NCBI GenBank assembly: GCA_964452145.1
Contig: CAYVLA010000097.1
Coordinates: 1 to 12,107, forward strand
DNA: 12,107 nt
Reading direction: 5' to 3'
From: Candidatus Hadarchaeota archaeon
GTDB taxonomy: Archaea; CAYQAE01; CAYVLA01
A program made the translations under genes and the position numbers. Below, in pieces: positions 1 through 7,800 of this stretch (positions are counted from its first letter, which is position 1; the number at the start of each line of letters is the position of its first letter). Under the pieces are notes generated by a model. It ran no database searches, was not told the DNA's origin, and saw only the letters and a program-made list of their open reading frames with translations.

Positions 1-5
1 ATTCA

Positions 6-20
6 GGAAAGCATTAATAG
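6..20 (+). promoter_or_regulatory. Putative archaeal BRE/TATA promoter of the Hsp20-like gene
   Basis: GGAAA (6-10) then TTAATA (14-19), about 30 nt upstream of the TTG start at 51, in an otherwise GC-rich context. Confidence 0.6.
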
Positions 21-50
21 ACTTGTGAAGGACAACAACGCAAGGGAGAG

Positions 51-743
51 TTGGCATTGTTCTGTCCTCGCTGCAGGGACCGAATATCCGAAACTTGGAT
101 TTTTTGCCCGCGATGCGGTGCTAGGCTGCCGTCGAGCGGCCAGCAGTCTCCGCCCGAGCCCCATTACAGCGCCTTTGCAGAGGTTTTCAAGGACATCGAA
201 AGGCAGATGAAGGAGGCACTGGGATCGAATCTCTCCAAGGACGTGGAGTTCTTCGATCTTAGGCCTGAGTTCTTCAGCAAGCATCCATACTTCAGAACAG
301 GCGGATTCCGTGTCAAGATAACCCGTGCAGGCGACGGGCCACCCAACATCGACATAAAGGCCTTTGGGGACATGGACGAGAAGCTGGCAGAGAAGATGAG
401 GGAGAGCATCAAACCCCCGGCTGAGCCGCAGGTGGAGAAGAAGGTCACGGATGAGGAACCTTCTGAGCATGTGGTCGAGGAAAGCCAAGCACCCAGAGCC
501 GTCTCGGAGTACTGCGAACCCAGCTGCGCTACTAAGTGGGCTGGCGACCACCTGCTTGTCGAGCTGGAGTTGCCCGGAGTCAAGAAGAGCGAGGACGTCG
601 AGGTCAGGAAACTCAGTGAGAGCATAGAGATCAGGGCCTACGCGGGCAACAAGGGCTACTTCAAGATACTCGGAATCCCGGGGGAAGCGAAAGTGATAGG
701 GAAGCGGTTCAGGGCAGGCAAGCTTTCGCTGAAGATCGGCTGA
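51..743 (+). CDS. Zinc-ribbon-containing Hsp20/alpha-crystallin-like protein (230 aa)
   Basis: N-terminal CPRC-x10-CPRCG zinc ribbon. Middle GGFRVKITRAGDGPPNIDIKAFGD resembles the N-terminal segment of archaeal Hsp20. C-terminal EP...VELELPGVKKSEDVEV...IEIRA...YFKIL...GKLSLKI fits an alpha-crystallin/CS sandwich. TTG start preceded by GGGAGAG. Confidence 0.8.
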   Translation: MALFCPRCRDRISETWIFCPRCGARLPSSGQQSPPEPHYSAFAEVFKDIERQMKEALGSNLSKDVEFFDLRPEFFSKHPYFRTGGFRVKITRAGDGPPNIDIKAFGDMDEKLAEKMRESIKPPAEPQVEKKVTDEEPSEHVVEESQAPRAVSEYCEPSCATKWAGDHLLVELELPGVKKSEDVEVRKLSESIEIRAYAGNKGYFKILGIPGEAKVIGKRFRAGKLSLKIG

Positions 744-849
744 TCTGGGCTCGAGCGGGCCTCCGGGGTCCATCGACATTCCTAGGCGAAGCGAGTTTGC
801 CGAGTCCTCTCAAACACTCTGTTCCCAGTGCCAGCCTCGGGCCCAGATC
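742..849 (+). repeat. 14-bp inverted repeat enclosing about 80 nt, directly after the Hsp20 stop
   Basis: GATCTGGGCTCGAG (742-755) pairs with CTCGGGCCCAGATC (836-849): 13 Watson-Crick pairs plus one U.G on the + strand. Confidence 0.6.
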
Positions 850-857
850 CCGGGCCT

Positions 858-870
858 CGAAACATTAAAG
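858..870 (+). promoter_or_regulatory. BRE/TATA promoter of tRNA-iMet
   Basis: CGAAA-CA-TTAAAG ending 25 nt upstream of the mature tRNA 5' end at 895. Confidence 0.7.
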
Positions 871-894
871 AGTTGCTCGGAGGCCCATATGCGC

Positions 895-969
895 AGCGAG
901 GTGGGGCAGCCAGGAGTGCCCGACGGGCTCATAACCCGTAGGTCAGTGGTTCAAATCCACTCCTCGCTA
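895..969 (+). tRNA. Initiator tRNA-Met (anticodon CAT), intronless, CCA not encoded
   Basis: Cloverleaf: acceptor AGCGAGG/CCTCGCT with A1-U72; D stem GGGC/GCCC; anticodon stem ACGGG/CCCGT with three consecutive G-C pairs and loop CT-CAT-AA; T stem AGTGG/CCACT with loop TTCAAAT; discriminator A969. A1-U72 plus the three G-C pairs mark archaeal initiator tRNA. Confidence 0.98.
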
Positions 970-974
970 CTTTT
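970..974 (+). terminator. Short T-tract after the tRNA
   Basis: CTTTT immediately follows the discriminator base. Confidence 0.45.
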
Positions 975-1206
975 CGCACCGGTTGATGATCGACTAGGCA
1001 TTTCTCATCGCGATTCCTACCTGCTTGCCATCCTCGGGTGCAGACAACTGGCTTTCATCGCACTCAGACTCCGGGCATCTTCCCGGCGATCCACCTCACA
1101 ACGAAACCTAGGAACGTAAGGGTTTGTTCACGATGGACCGTTCCATCCACAGAAGGAGATCTACCTGAGCCCGGTTCGCACCAGATCATTGGGTTCCGTG
1201 ACGGTG

Positions 1207-1613
1207 ATGGACCTGGATCTTGAGAAGTCTGCCAACGCATGGGCGGGCAACGTCCCTAATTTCGAGGGATCGTCTGCGCCTATCTGTTTGGCTCCGCAGC
1301 GGGGGATGATACCAGACTCAGCGACATCGATCTGGCCGTGCTCCTCGAACCAGGCATGGAGGCAGACCTGATCAAGGCAACGGACGTTCCGTCAGGGATC
1401 TTCGGGAACAGGGCCGACATCAGCGATTTCAGGAGCCTTCCCCTGTCTGTTCAATTTCGCGCCATAAGAGACGGGGTGCTGGTGTACGCAGCCAACGGTC
1501 CTGCGAGGATAAGGTTCGAGTCGGAGGTCGTTGAGGAGCACCTCGACATCGAGCCTCACAGAAGGGAGCACATCGATGGGTGGATCAGAGATGTCTCATC
1601 CAGTGGATGCTGA
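1207..1613 (+). pseudogene. Frameshifted minimal nucleotidyltransferase (MNT/MntA-like antitoxin)
   Basis: ATG 1207 gives MDLDLEKSANAWAGNVPNFEG. Another frame, open from 1260, gives GIVCAYLFGSAAGDDTRLSDIDLAVLL...LPLSVQFRAIRDGVLVY, the YLFGS...SDIDLAV nucleotidyltransferase signature. One extra G in the run at 1266-1268 joins them into a 135-aa protein. Confidence 0.85.
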
Positions 1614-2010
1614 ACTCATCGCGGCGAAATCCGCACTGATAGTGCAGAACCTCGAACAGCCACGCAGACTGTCCAAGGTGCCGATAGGTAGATTCCGCGC
1701 CGACGCTGCCGAAAGACTCCTTCACGTATCGATCCAGGCTACCGTCGACATCCGTAGCCACTTGATATCGGCAGAACGGCTTAGCAAGCCCGGGCAATAC
1801 GCCGAAATGCCCCTCATGCTGCGCGAGGCAGGCGTGGTATTTAAAGGACTGGCGGGTGCCCTCATCTCCATGATGTGCTTCAGGAACATGCTCGCCCACC
1901 TGTACGCAAAGGTGGATGCCGATAGAGTCCACCAGATGCTGCAAAGTAACCTGAACGACTTCGAAAGGTTCGAAGGCGAGATCGTGCGGCACCCACGGCA
2001 AGTGCCATGA
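1591..2010 (+). CDS. DUF86/HepT-like HEPN ribonuclease toxin, possibly degenerating
   Basis: AAERLLHVSIQATVDI..HLI and FRNMLAHLYAKVD (R-x4-H-x-Y motif, 1882-1905). Overlaps the 3' end of the MNT gene. Start is ATG 1591 or GTG 1603 rather than 1531. Confidence 0.85.
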   Translation: MSHPVDAELIAAKSALIVQNLEQPRRLSKVPIGRFRADAAERLLHVSIQATVDIRSHLISAERLSKPGQYAEMPLMLREAGVVFKGLAGALISMMCFRNMLAHLYAKVDADRVHQMLQSNLNDFERFEGEIVRHPRQVP

Positions 2011-2070
2011 CTCCGCCGACTTGCTGACTCAGAGAGGCCCTCTCACCGTGAAACGTGGGAGACATGGTAC

Positions 2071-2086
2071 GGGGAAATATCTAAAG
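2071..2086 (+). promoter_or_regulatory. Possible BRE/TATA of the M24-family gene
   Basis: GGGGAAATATCTAAAG AT-rich patch; Shine-Dalgarno-like AGGAGG at 2123-2128 before ATG 2140. Confidence 0.4.
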
Positions 2087-2139
2087 CCTCTCAGTATCAG
2101 GTCAGGCGGAGACAAGTTGACTAGGAGGAAGCAGATGGT

Positions 2140-3495
2140 ATGTCCCCTGAAGCAAGAGGTTGGGAAGCGGCCATCGAGGTCATCGATGAGGCCAAGCGAA
2201 CCATTGGACCAGATGTCGAGATAGACAGGCGGGAGTATCGCCAGAGATGGGAGATGGTTCAGCAGGCAATGCGGGACAAAGGGATCGATCTGGCATATGC
2301 CTGCGGAAGCGAGCTGGACAGATCCGACGCGGCCTGGCTTGCCGGGGCCTTCGACCCAATCATCGAGCGCTATGGGGTCTTGGTCCCATCCGAGGGTACG
2401 CCCGCAATTCTGGCCGGGTCCGAGGGAGGCCACGTCATGGAAGAGGCGGCGGAGAGATCGGGGGCAAGGATCTTCCTGTTAAGGGAGTTCCAGATCTCGG
2501 ACGAGGAGTACAGACACGCCCATTTCACCTCGCTGGAGGAGGTCCTGAATGCCTTGAACGCCCAAGGGGCCAAGAGGGTGGCCATGTTCTCCAGCGCTGA
2601 GTTCCTGCCGGTGTCACAATACCTGCTGTTCAAGAACCGGTTCGGCGACGGCGTGGTCTTCGACCAGCTCCTGCAGAGGCTCAAGTACGAAAAATCCCAT
2701 GCCGAGCTTCGCATCTGCGGGCAGGCAAACATCATTGCTGACGCGGCCATGAGAGCCCTGCTAGCAGCCGTTCGCCCCGGTGCCTCCGAGCTTGAGGTGG
2801 CCGGTGTGGGCGACTTCGTCATGAAGGAGCTGGGAGCGGGAAGGACGGGCTTCCCCACCATCGTCACCGCGGGCGAGAGGAACTTCACCGTGATCGGCCC
2901 GGCCACGAAGAACCGCATCAAGGAGGGCGACTTCATATCCATGGGCGTCAGCCCCACCTTCAACGGCTACCACGGGGTCGTGAGGCGAACGATCAAGGTG
3001 GGTGCCCTGGCCAAAGGAGAGAGGGAGTTCATGGAGGCGGTGGAGCGACTCTACAGGGTCGTTATGGATGCCACCAGACAGGCCGCCGAGACGGACCTGC
3101 CATCCAACCACATCGACCGCGCTGGAAAGGATTACCTGTCCAAGCTGAAGCTGAGGACCGTGTCCGGTGCGATGGAGACGCCCATCGAGCCCTATACTTT
3201 CATCCACAACACCGGTTGCTCGGAGTGCCAGGAGGGCTACGGGGCTGTCACGCCGCACACAGATAGACCGCTCGGCCGAAAAGTGGCGCTGATGATCGAC
3301 GTCGCCCTCCTAGGCTTCCGGGAAAGGGGACGGCCGATCTTCGAGGTGCCATACGGAGTGATAGAGGATGCCTTCTGGAAGATGGACTCCAGGGTCGGCG
3401 TGTACAACAGACTGCCGCTGAGTGTGCAGGACCTGGTCGGCAACCTTGATGGGTTCGAAGTCAACCCCTATCACTGCCCGGTGCCGACCGGGTGA
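2140..3495 (+). CDS. M24 (Xaa-Pro peptidase/creatinase fold) family protein with non-canonical active site (451 aa)
   Basis: Creatinase-N-like start (EYRQRWEMVQQAMRDKGIDL); linker RLKYEKSHAELRI; pita-bread motifs VRPGASELEVA, FPTIVTAGER, RIKEGDFI, GY..VRRT, HNTG, VIED. Confidence 0.85.
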   Translation: MSPEARGWEAAIEVIDEAKRTIGPDVEIDRREYRQRWEMVQQAMRDKGIDLAYACGSELDRSDAAWLAGAFDPIIERYGVLVPSEGTPAILAGSEGGHVMEEAAERSGARIFLLREFQISDEEYRHAHFTSLEEVLNALNAQGAKRVAMFSSAEFLPVSQYLLFKNRFGDGVVFDQLLQRLKYEKSHAELRICGQANIIADAAMRALLAAVRPGASELEVAGVGDFVMKELGAGRTGFPTIVTAGERNFTVIGPATKNRIKEGDFISMGVSPTFNGYHGVVRRTIKVGALAKGEREFMEAVERLYRVVMDATRQAAETDLPSNHIDRAGKDYLSKLKLRTVSGAMETPIEPYTFIHNTGCSECQEGYGAVTPHTDRPLGRKVALMIDVALLGFRERGRPIFEVPYGVIEDAFWKMDSRVGVYNRLPLSVQDLVGNLDGFEVNPYHCPVPTG

Positions 3496-4266
3496 TCAGC
3501 CCAGCTCGTAGGCCCCGGGGCGCCTGTCCTTCACCATGTCGTTCAGGGGGGTCACCCTCTTGTCCCGTGCTAGTGAAGGGTCTACCTCCACGACCGCTTG
3601 TTCGACCTTGGAGCGACTGGCCGAGCTGAGAACCTGGCCAGAGGGCGAGACGATCTGTGACTTGCCGATGAATCGGAGTCCCCGTTCACATCCCACCCTG
3701 CTTGCGGTGACGATGAATACCCGGTTCTCGACAGCCCGCGTTATGGCGGCCCTCGGCCATAGTGGGAGGACCAGGTTGGCCGGGTGGGCGATGATTTCGG
3801 CCCCTTTGAGCATCAGCGTCCGACAGGACTCTGGGAAGAACCAATCGAAGCACACCATCAAGCCAATGCGAACGCCCTTGAAGCGATGGACGTCGAATCT
3901 GTCGCCCGACTGGAAGATCCTCTTCTCTTTTCCGAAAAGGTGAACCTTCCGGTGGACCTTCATCCCGGAAGGCGTGATCAGGGCGGCGGAGTTGTAGAAC
4001 GAATCGCCCGATCTTTCGGCGAACCCGGCCACCAAAGCCATGCCCCTCTGCATGGCAAGATCCTCCAGCCTTCGGAGGGTGGGACCTCGAGGAACCTCCT
4101 CGGAGACCTTCTCCAGTTCCTGCTGGGTCAGGGCATACCCCGTGTTGAATAGTTCGGGAAGAACGATCAAGTCGGCATCCATGCCCTCAATCAGGTGCGT
4201 GGCATCCCGCACGTTCTCGGCTACGCGCATGATCCTAGGATTCGATTGAAGATACCCCACCTTCAT
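3496..4266 (-). CDS. Carbon-nitrogen hydrolase (nitrilase superfamily), 256 aa
   Basis: Glu-Lys-Cys triad motifs DLIVLPELFNTGY, HRKVHLF and GLMVCFDWFFPE, plus RAVEN and DRRPGAY. Start probably ATG 4266 (MKVGYLQ) with a GGTGG Shine-Dalgarno, not 4371. Confidence 0.93.
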   Translation of the reverse strand: MKVGYLQSNPRIMRVAENVRDATHLIEGMDADLIVLPELFNTGYALTQQELEKVSEEVPRGPTLRRLEDLAMQRGMALVAGFAERSGDSFYNSAALITPSGMKVHRKVHLFGKEKRIFQSGDRFDVHRFKGVRIGLMVCFDWFFPESCRTLMLKGAEIIAHPANLVLPLWPRAAITRAVENRVFIVTASRVGCERGLRFIGKSQIVSPSGQVLSSASRSKVEQAVVEVDPSLARDKRVTPLNDMVKDRRPGAYELG

Positions 4267-4317
4267 TGCTGCCCACCTGTCCCTAATGAATCGGCCAACT
4301 GGAGAGCCTGCCAGGTT

Positions 4318-4330
4318 CCTTAAGTATCTG
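4318..4330 (-). promoter_or_regulatory. Possible TATA element of the nitrilase gene
   Basis: Minus strand reads CAGATACTTAAGG, about 55 nt upstream of ATG 4266. Confidence 0.35.
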
Positions 4331-4503
4331 AGCCGACCCCAATCACGACCCCCCACAGCCAGATGCAGCACGGTTCACCAAGCCGATTCCGGCCCATGGA
4401 CCGAAAGGAGTCCGATGACAATTCCGGATCTCTGCACATTTGAGTGGGCAACAAAGTGAAGATGACTTCCCGGCCCCTTCTGACCCCCTCTTCCTTGCCT
4501 CTT

Positions 4504-4529
4504 CCGTTTCTCCCCCAAGGGAGAAACGG
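4504..4529. repeat. Perfect 11-bp inverted repeat (hairpin)
   Basis: CCGTTTCTCCC-CCAA-GGGAGAAACGG. Confidence 0.8.
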
Positions 4530-4611
4530 GGCAGAATCAAGCCCTACACGAATAGCCTGGTCCATGTAGCTCAATGATCGAGCCGACCCACCCACACGAA
4601 GTTGAAGAGAA

Positions 4612-4628
4612 CCAAATATGTTTTTATG
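4612..4628 (+). promoter_or_regulatory. BRE/TATA promoter upstream of the large surface-protein gene
   Basis: CAAATATG-TTTTTATG, the clearest TATA-like tract in this intergenic region. Canonical spacing puts the TSS near G4650. Confidence 0.65.
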
Positions 4629-4649
4629 TCGCATGGGACATATGTCTTT

Positions 4650-4807
4650 GGCTGGCCGAAAGGCTGCGGCCGCAGACGGGCTGGTAACAAGATCGGCGGG
4701 TTGGACCCGGGTATCCCGCCCTGATCGTTGTTGTTGAGCTTCTGCACACCGAAGCAAGCAACAAGCGAGCTGATAGATACATACCATGGATCGTTGTTTC
4801 CTGTCCT
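4650..4807 (+). ncRNA. Candidate structured 5' leader or small RNA (unassigned family)
   Basis: Begins at the predicted TSS. GAAA-tetraloop hairpin at 4650-4671 directly abuts a 74-nt G.U-rich hairpin at 4672-4745, followed by ACA. Competing pairings lie downstream. Confidence 0.5.
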
Positions 4808-7800
4808 GTGAAGGGGATCTCGGTGGACATCTGTCGCCTGGTTGGGGTCTTCCTCCTGACACTCGTTCTTTCCTTCTCCATGCCAAGCGCCGAAGCCGGC
4901 ACAATAGTGGTGCCCGACGACTTTGCCACCATTCAGTTGGCCATCGACTCATCGAGTCCCCGCGACACGATTCTCGTCAGGCCTGGCGTCTATCTGGAGA
5001 ACCTGACCATTTCAAGGCCCATCCGGCTCATCGGAAGCGGCCCAGACATCACGGTTATCCGGAGTTCCACCGACTGGGGTCCCATTAGAATCCTGTCTGA
5101 CGACGTCGAGGTCAGAGGATTGCGCATACGGGCAACCGGAACGGCATCCTACGCCATCTTCATGTTCGGTGCGAGGGACTGCAGGATAGAAGCAAACAAG
5201 ATTGAGGGGAGACCTCTGTGGATTCAGGCATCAAGGAACATATCCATCTACGACAACGTCGTGACGAGTGGAGGTTGGGGAGTTCGCCTTGCTGGCTCCA
5301 GCCACTGCACGCTTCGGAACAACACAATCGCCAGCTCGCAGATGGGCGTCTCGGTGACTGGATACCCGCTTGAGAATTTCGTCCACGACATCGACGCCTC
5401 GAACACAGTTGATGGCAAACCGATCCGTTACCTTCTCAACAAGAAGGACCTGAAGATCGATGCCGACACCTTCGACGGGATCGGCTACCTCGGCATAGTC
5501 AATTCCACTCGCGTTTCGGCGCAAAGCATCGCTATGCGAAATCTGGGCGAAGGGCTTCTCCTTGCGCACTCGCGGGAGTGCACGATATCCGATGTCTTGC
5601 TGGTGAACAACAATGAAGGCCTAGCGATTCACTACAGCACAGACTGCCTAGTGACCGGAAGCGAAATTCGTACCAACGGCAATGGCATCAGGTTGCAGTA
5701 TTCGGAGCGCATCAGGCTAGAGAGGAATAACATAGTGGACAACCGTGGCCATGGCATTGTCTGCCATGAAAGCTCTCACAACACGGTGTCCGAGAACAAC
5801 TTTGTCAGGAACAAGGCCAATGCCCTATCAACTCCCGGCAATACCTGGGATGGCAACTACTGGAGTGACTACACCGGTCAAGATCTGGATCATGACGGCA
5901 TCGGTGATGTGCCTTACTTGATCGGGCCAAGCGCTGTCGACAATCATCCTCTAATGATGGAAGATGGTTGGAGGGGGGTGGTCATAGACATCTCACTTGT
6001 CTCCAGCACCCGCTGCGATATCAACTCAAGCCAGACGATATCCTTCCATGCCGCGTGGATACTGAATCGCTCCAGCGCCGAAGGAATCACAGCCCTGATC
6101 GACGGTACGCCGTACTTGACCAACTCGACAGGCTGGATCTGCTTTTCACACAGGTCTTCGGAACTCGGGAAGCTCACCTGGCGAGTAACCGAAGTCTTAG
6201 TTGACAGTCCGGTTCCCTTCAGGCAGACGGTGCCAGATCCGAGCATCGTCTGGGACCTGGTCGAGATCACCATCATGCCAACGGCCGAAAGGGTTGACGT
6301 GGGTTCAGAAGGGGCAAAAGTGTCCGCCACATACGTCTACGATGGCGCTCGCTTCGAAGGACGAGTTGTACTGAACGACACTGCCACCAAGCCCGATGTC
6401 GGCCGCTACGGCTACAGGGTTGAAGGTATAGCTGACTCTAGGCACGGGCTGAAGGGGTTCACGGCCAACGATACCTCAGTTGTATTTGACAGGATAGCAA
6501 TCAACCTATCGACACACGCTACGAGGATCGATGTCGGAGATATGGCCGACATCAACTGGGTTGGTTCATACGAGTACGACAACGCGCTGTTCAACGGAAG
6601 CATCGTACTGAACAACCCTCTCACTTCGGATCGCGTTGGACTTGTTCGGTATCAGGCATCGTCGATTGATGATCCTACGCATGGGATCAGCGTTGCCCGG
6701 AGCAACGAGGTACAGATCATCTTCGACAGGGTGAGAGTTGATGTCAGGTTGAACGACGACCGCATCAATGTGGGGGACCAAGTCGAGTGCGTCATCGCTG
6801 CGACCCACGAATACGATGGCTCACCTTACCGCGGATCGGTCTACCTTAACGACACTCAAAAAACCCTGAGCCAGCCCGGAAGACTGGCTTACACGACTAT
6901 GTGGATATCCGATCCTATCCACAATCTTACCGCCTTCACCTCGAACACAGCCATCTGCATATGGGACAGGGTCCGGATAGCGTTGAGTCTCGAAAAACCC
7001 CGTATCGATGCGGGCGCGCCAGCAAAGGTAAGTGGAGACGCCACGTACGAGTACGACCAGACCCACTTCGTTGGGTACTTCCATCTCAACGACACGCTCA
7101 CAAAGAGGGATGTCGGTCGGCATGCATGCACAGTATCTAACATAACCGACATCCTCCACGGACTATCCATCTTTTCGGCCAACATAGTTGAAGTGATCTT
7201 CGACACGGTAGTCGTAGACCTGTCCATCCTTGACGAACGAGTTGATGTGGGAACCTCGCCCATCGTCTTATGGTCGGCAAGATACGCATATGACCATGCC
7301 AAGCTCAAGGGAACCATCGTGCTCAACGACACCATGTCCCCGTGCTACTCGCCCTCCAAGCGTTGGTATGCAACAGAGTCGATTACGGACCTAGCCTACG
7401 GCCTCAAGAGCTTCCAATCGAACGCCGTAAGCTGCATATTCGACCGAGTCAATATCCGCCTAGACGCGCCCGAGCGCGTGGGAATCGGAACGAGGGTGAA
7501 AATCAAACCGACAGCACGCTATGAATACGACGACCAGCCTTTCCACGGACAGGTCATCCTGAACGACACGGCGACTTGCCTCCAGAACCCCTGCAAAAGG
7601 GCTTACACGACGGCGGAGATCTGGGACCCGCTTTACGGCCTCACCGGTTTCTCTTCAAACACCCTGACCGTCATATTCGATCTGGTCCAGGTTGCGCTTA
7701 TGGTCGAAGATCGGAGAATTGACGTGCACGCAACGGCAAGTATCAAAGCCAGCGCAGTCTACGCGTATGACGGGGCGCCTTTCACCGGCTCAATCGTTCT

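Noticed and set aside
741..743. Selenocysteine readthrough of the Hsp20 TGA, given the adjacent hairpin
   Set aside because: The domain ends naturally at this codon and the hairpin has no recognisable archaeal SECIS motif.
3..779. Long antisense and alternate-frame ORFs (3-779, 1585-2001, 2370-2963, 8935-9717 and similar)
   Set aside because: They shadow well-supported genes, as expected in GC-rich coding DNA, and show no motifs.
889..1119. 76-aa ORF overlapping the tRNA
   Set aside because: It runs through a clear tRNA gene and has no protein-like motif.
975..1200. TGATGA and CTGA-like boxes downstream of the tRNA (possible C/D sRNA)
   Set aside because: The boxes are not arranged C-D'-C'-D with proper spacing on either strand.
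4650..4780. Group II intron domain V or hammerhead ribozyme (GAAA hairpin with 2-nt bulge; CTGAT motifs)
   Set aside because: The hairpin is too short for domain V and lacks the AGC/CGC triad; no CUGANGA...GAAA core in the right order.
4695..4784. Resemblance to the fluoride (crcB) riboswitch: GGCG...GGTATC-CCGCC and GAGCTGATAGATACATAC, with possible GTATC/GATAC pseudoknot pairing
   Set aside because: The conserved 5' GAUG and AAAC linker are missing, the spacing is too long, and the downstream gene is unrelated to fluoride. A cmscan would settle it.
4320..4952. 210-aa minus-strand ORF across the intergenic region
   Set aside because: Arg/Pro-rich composition typical of non-coding frames; it overlaps the real gene start and promoter elements.
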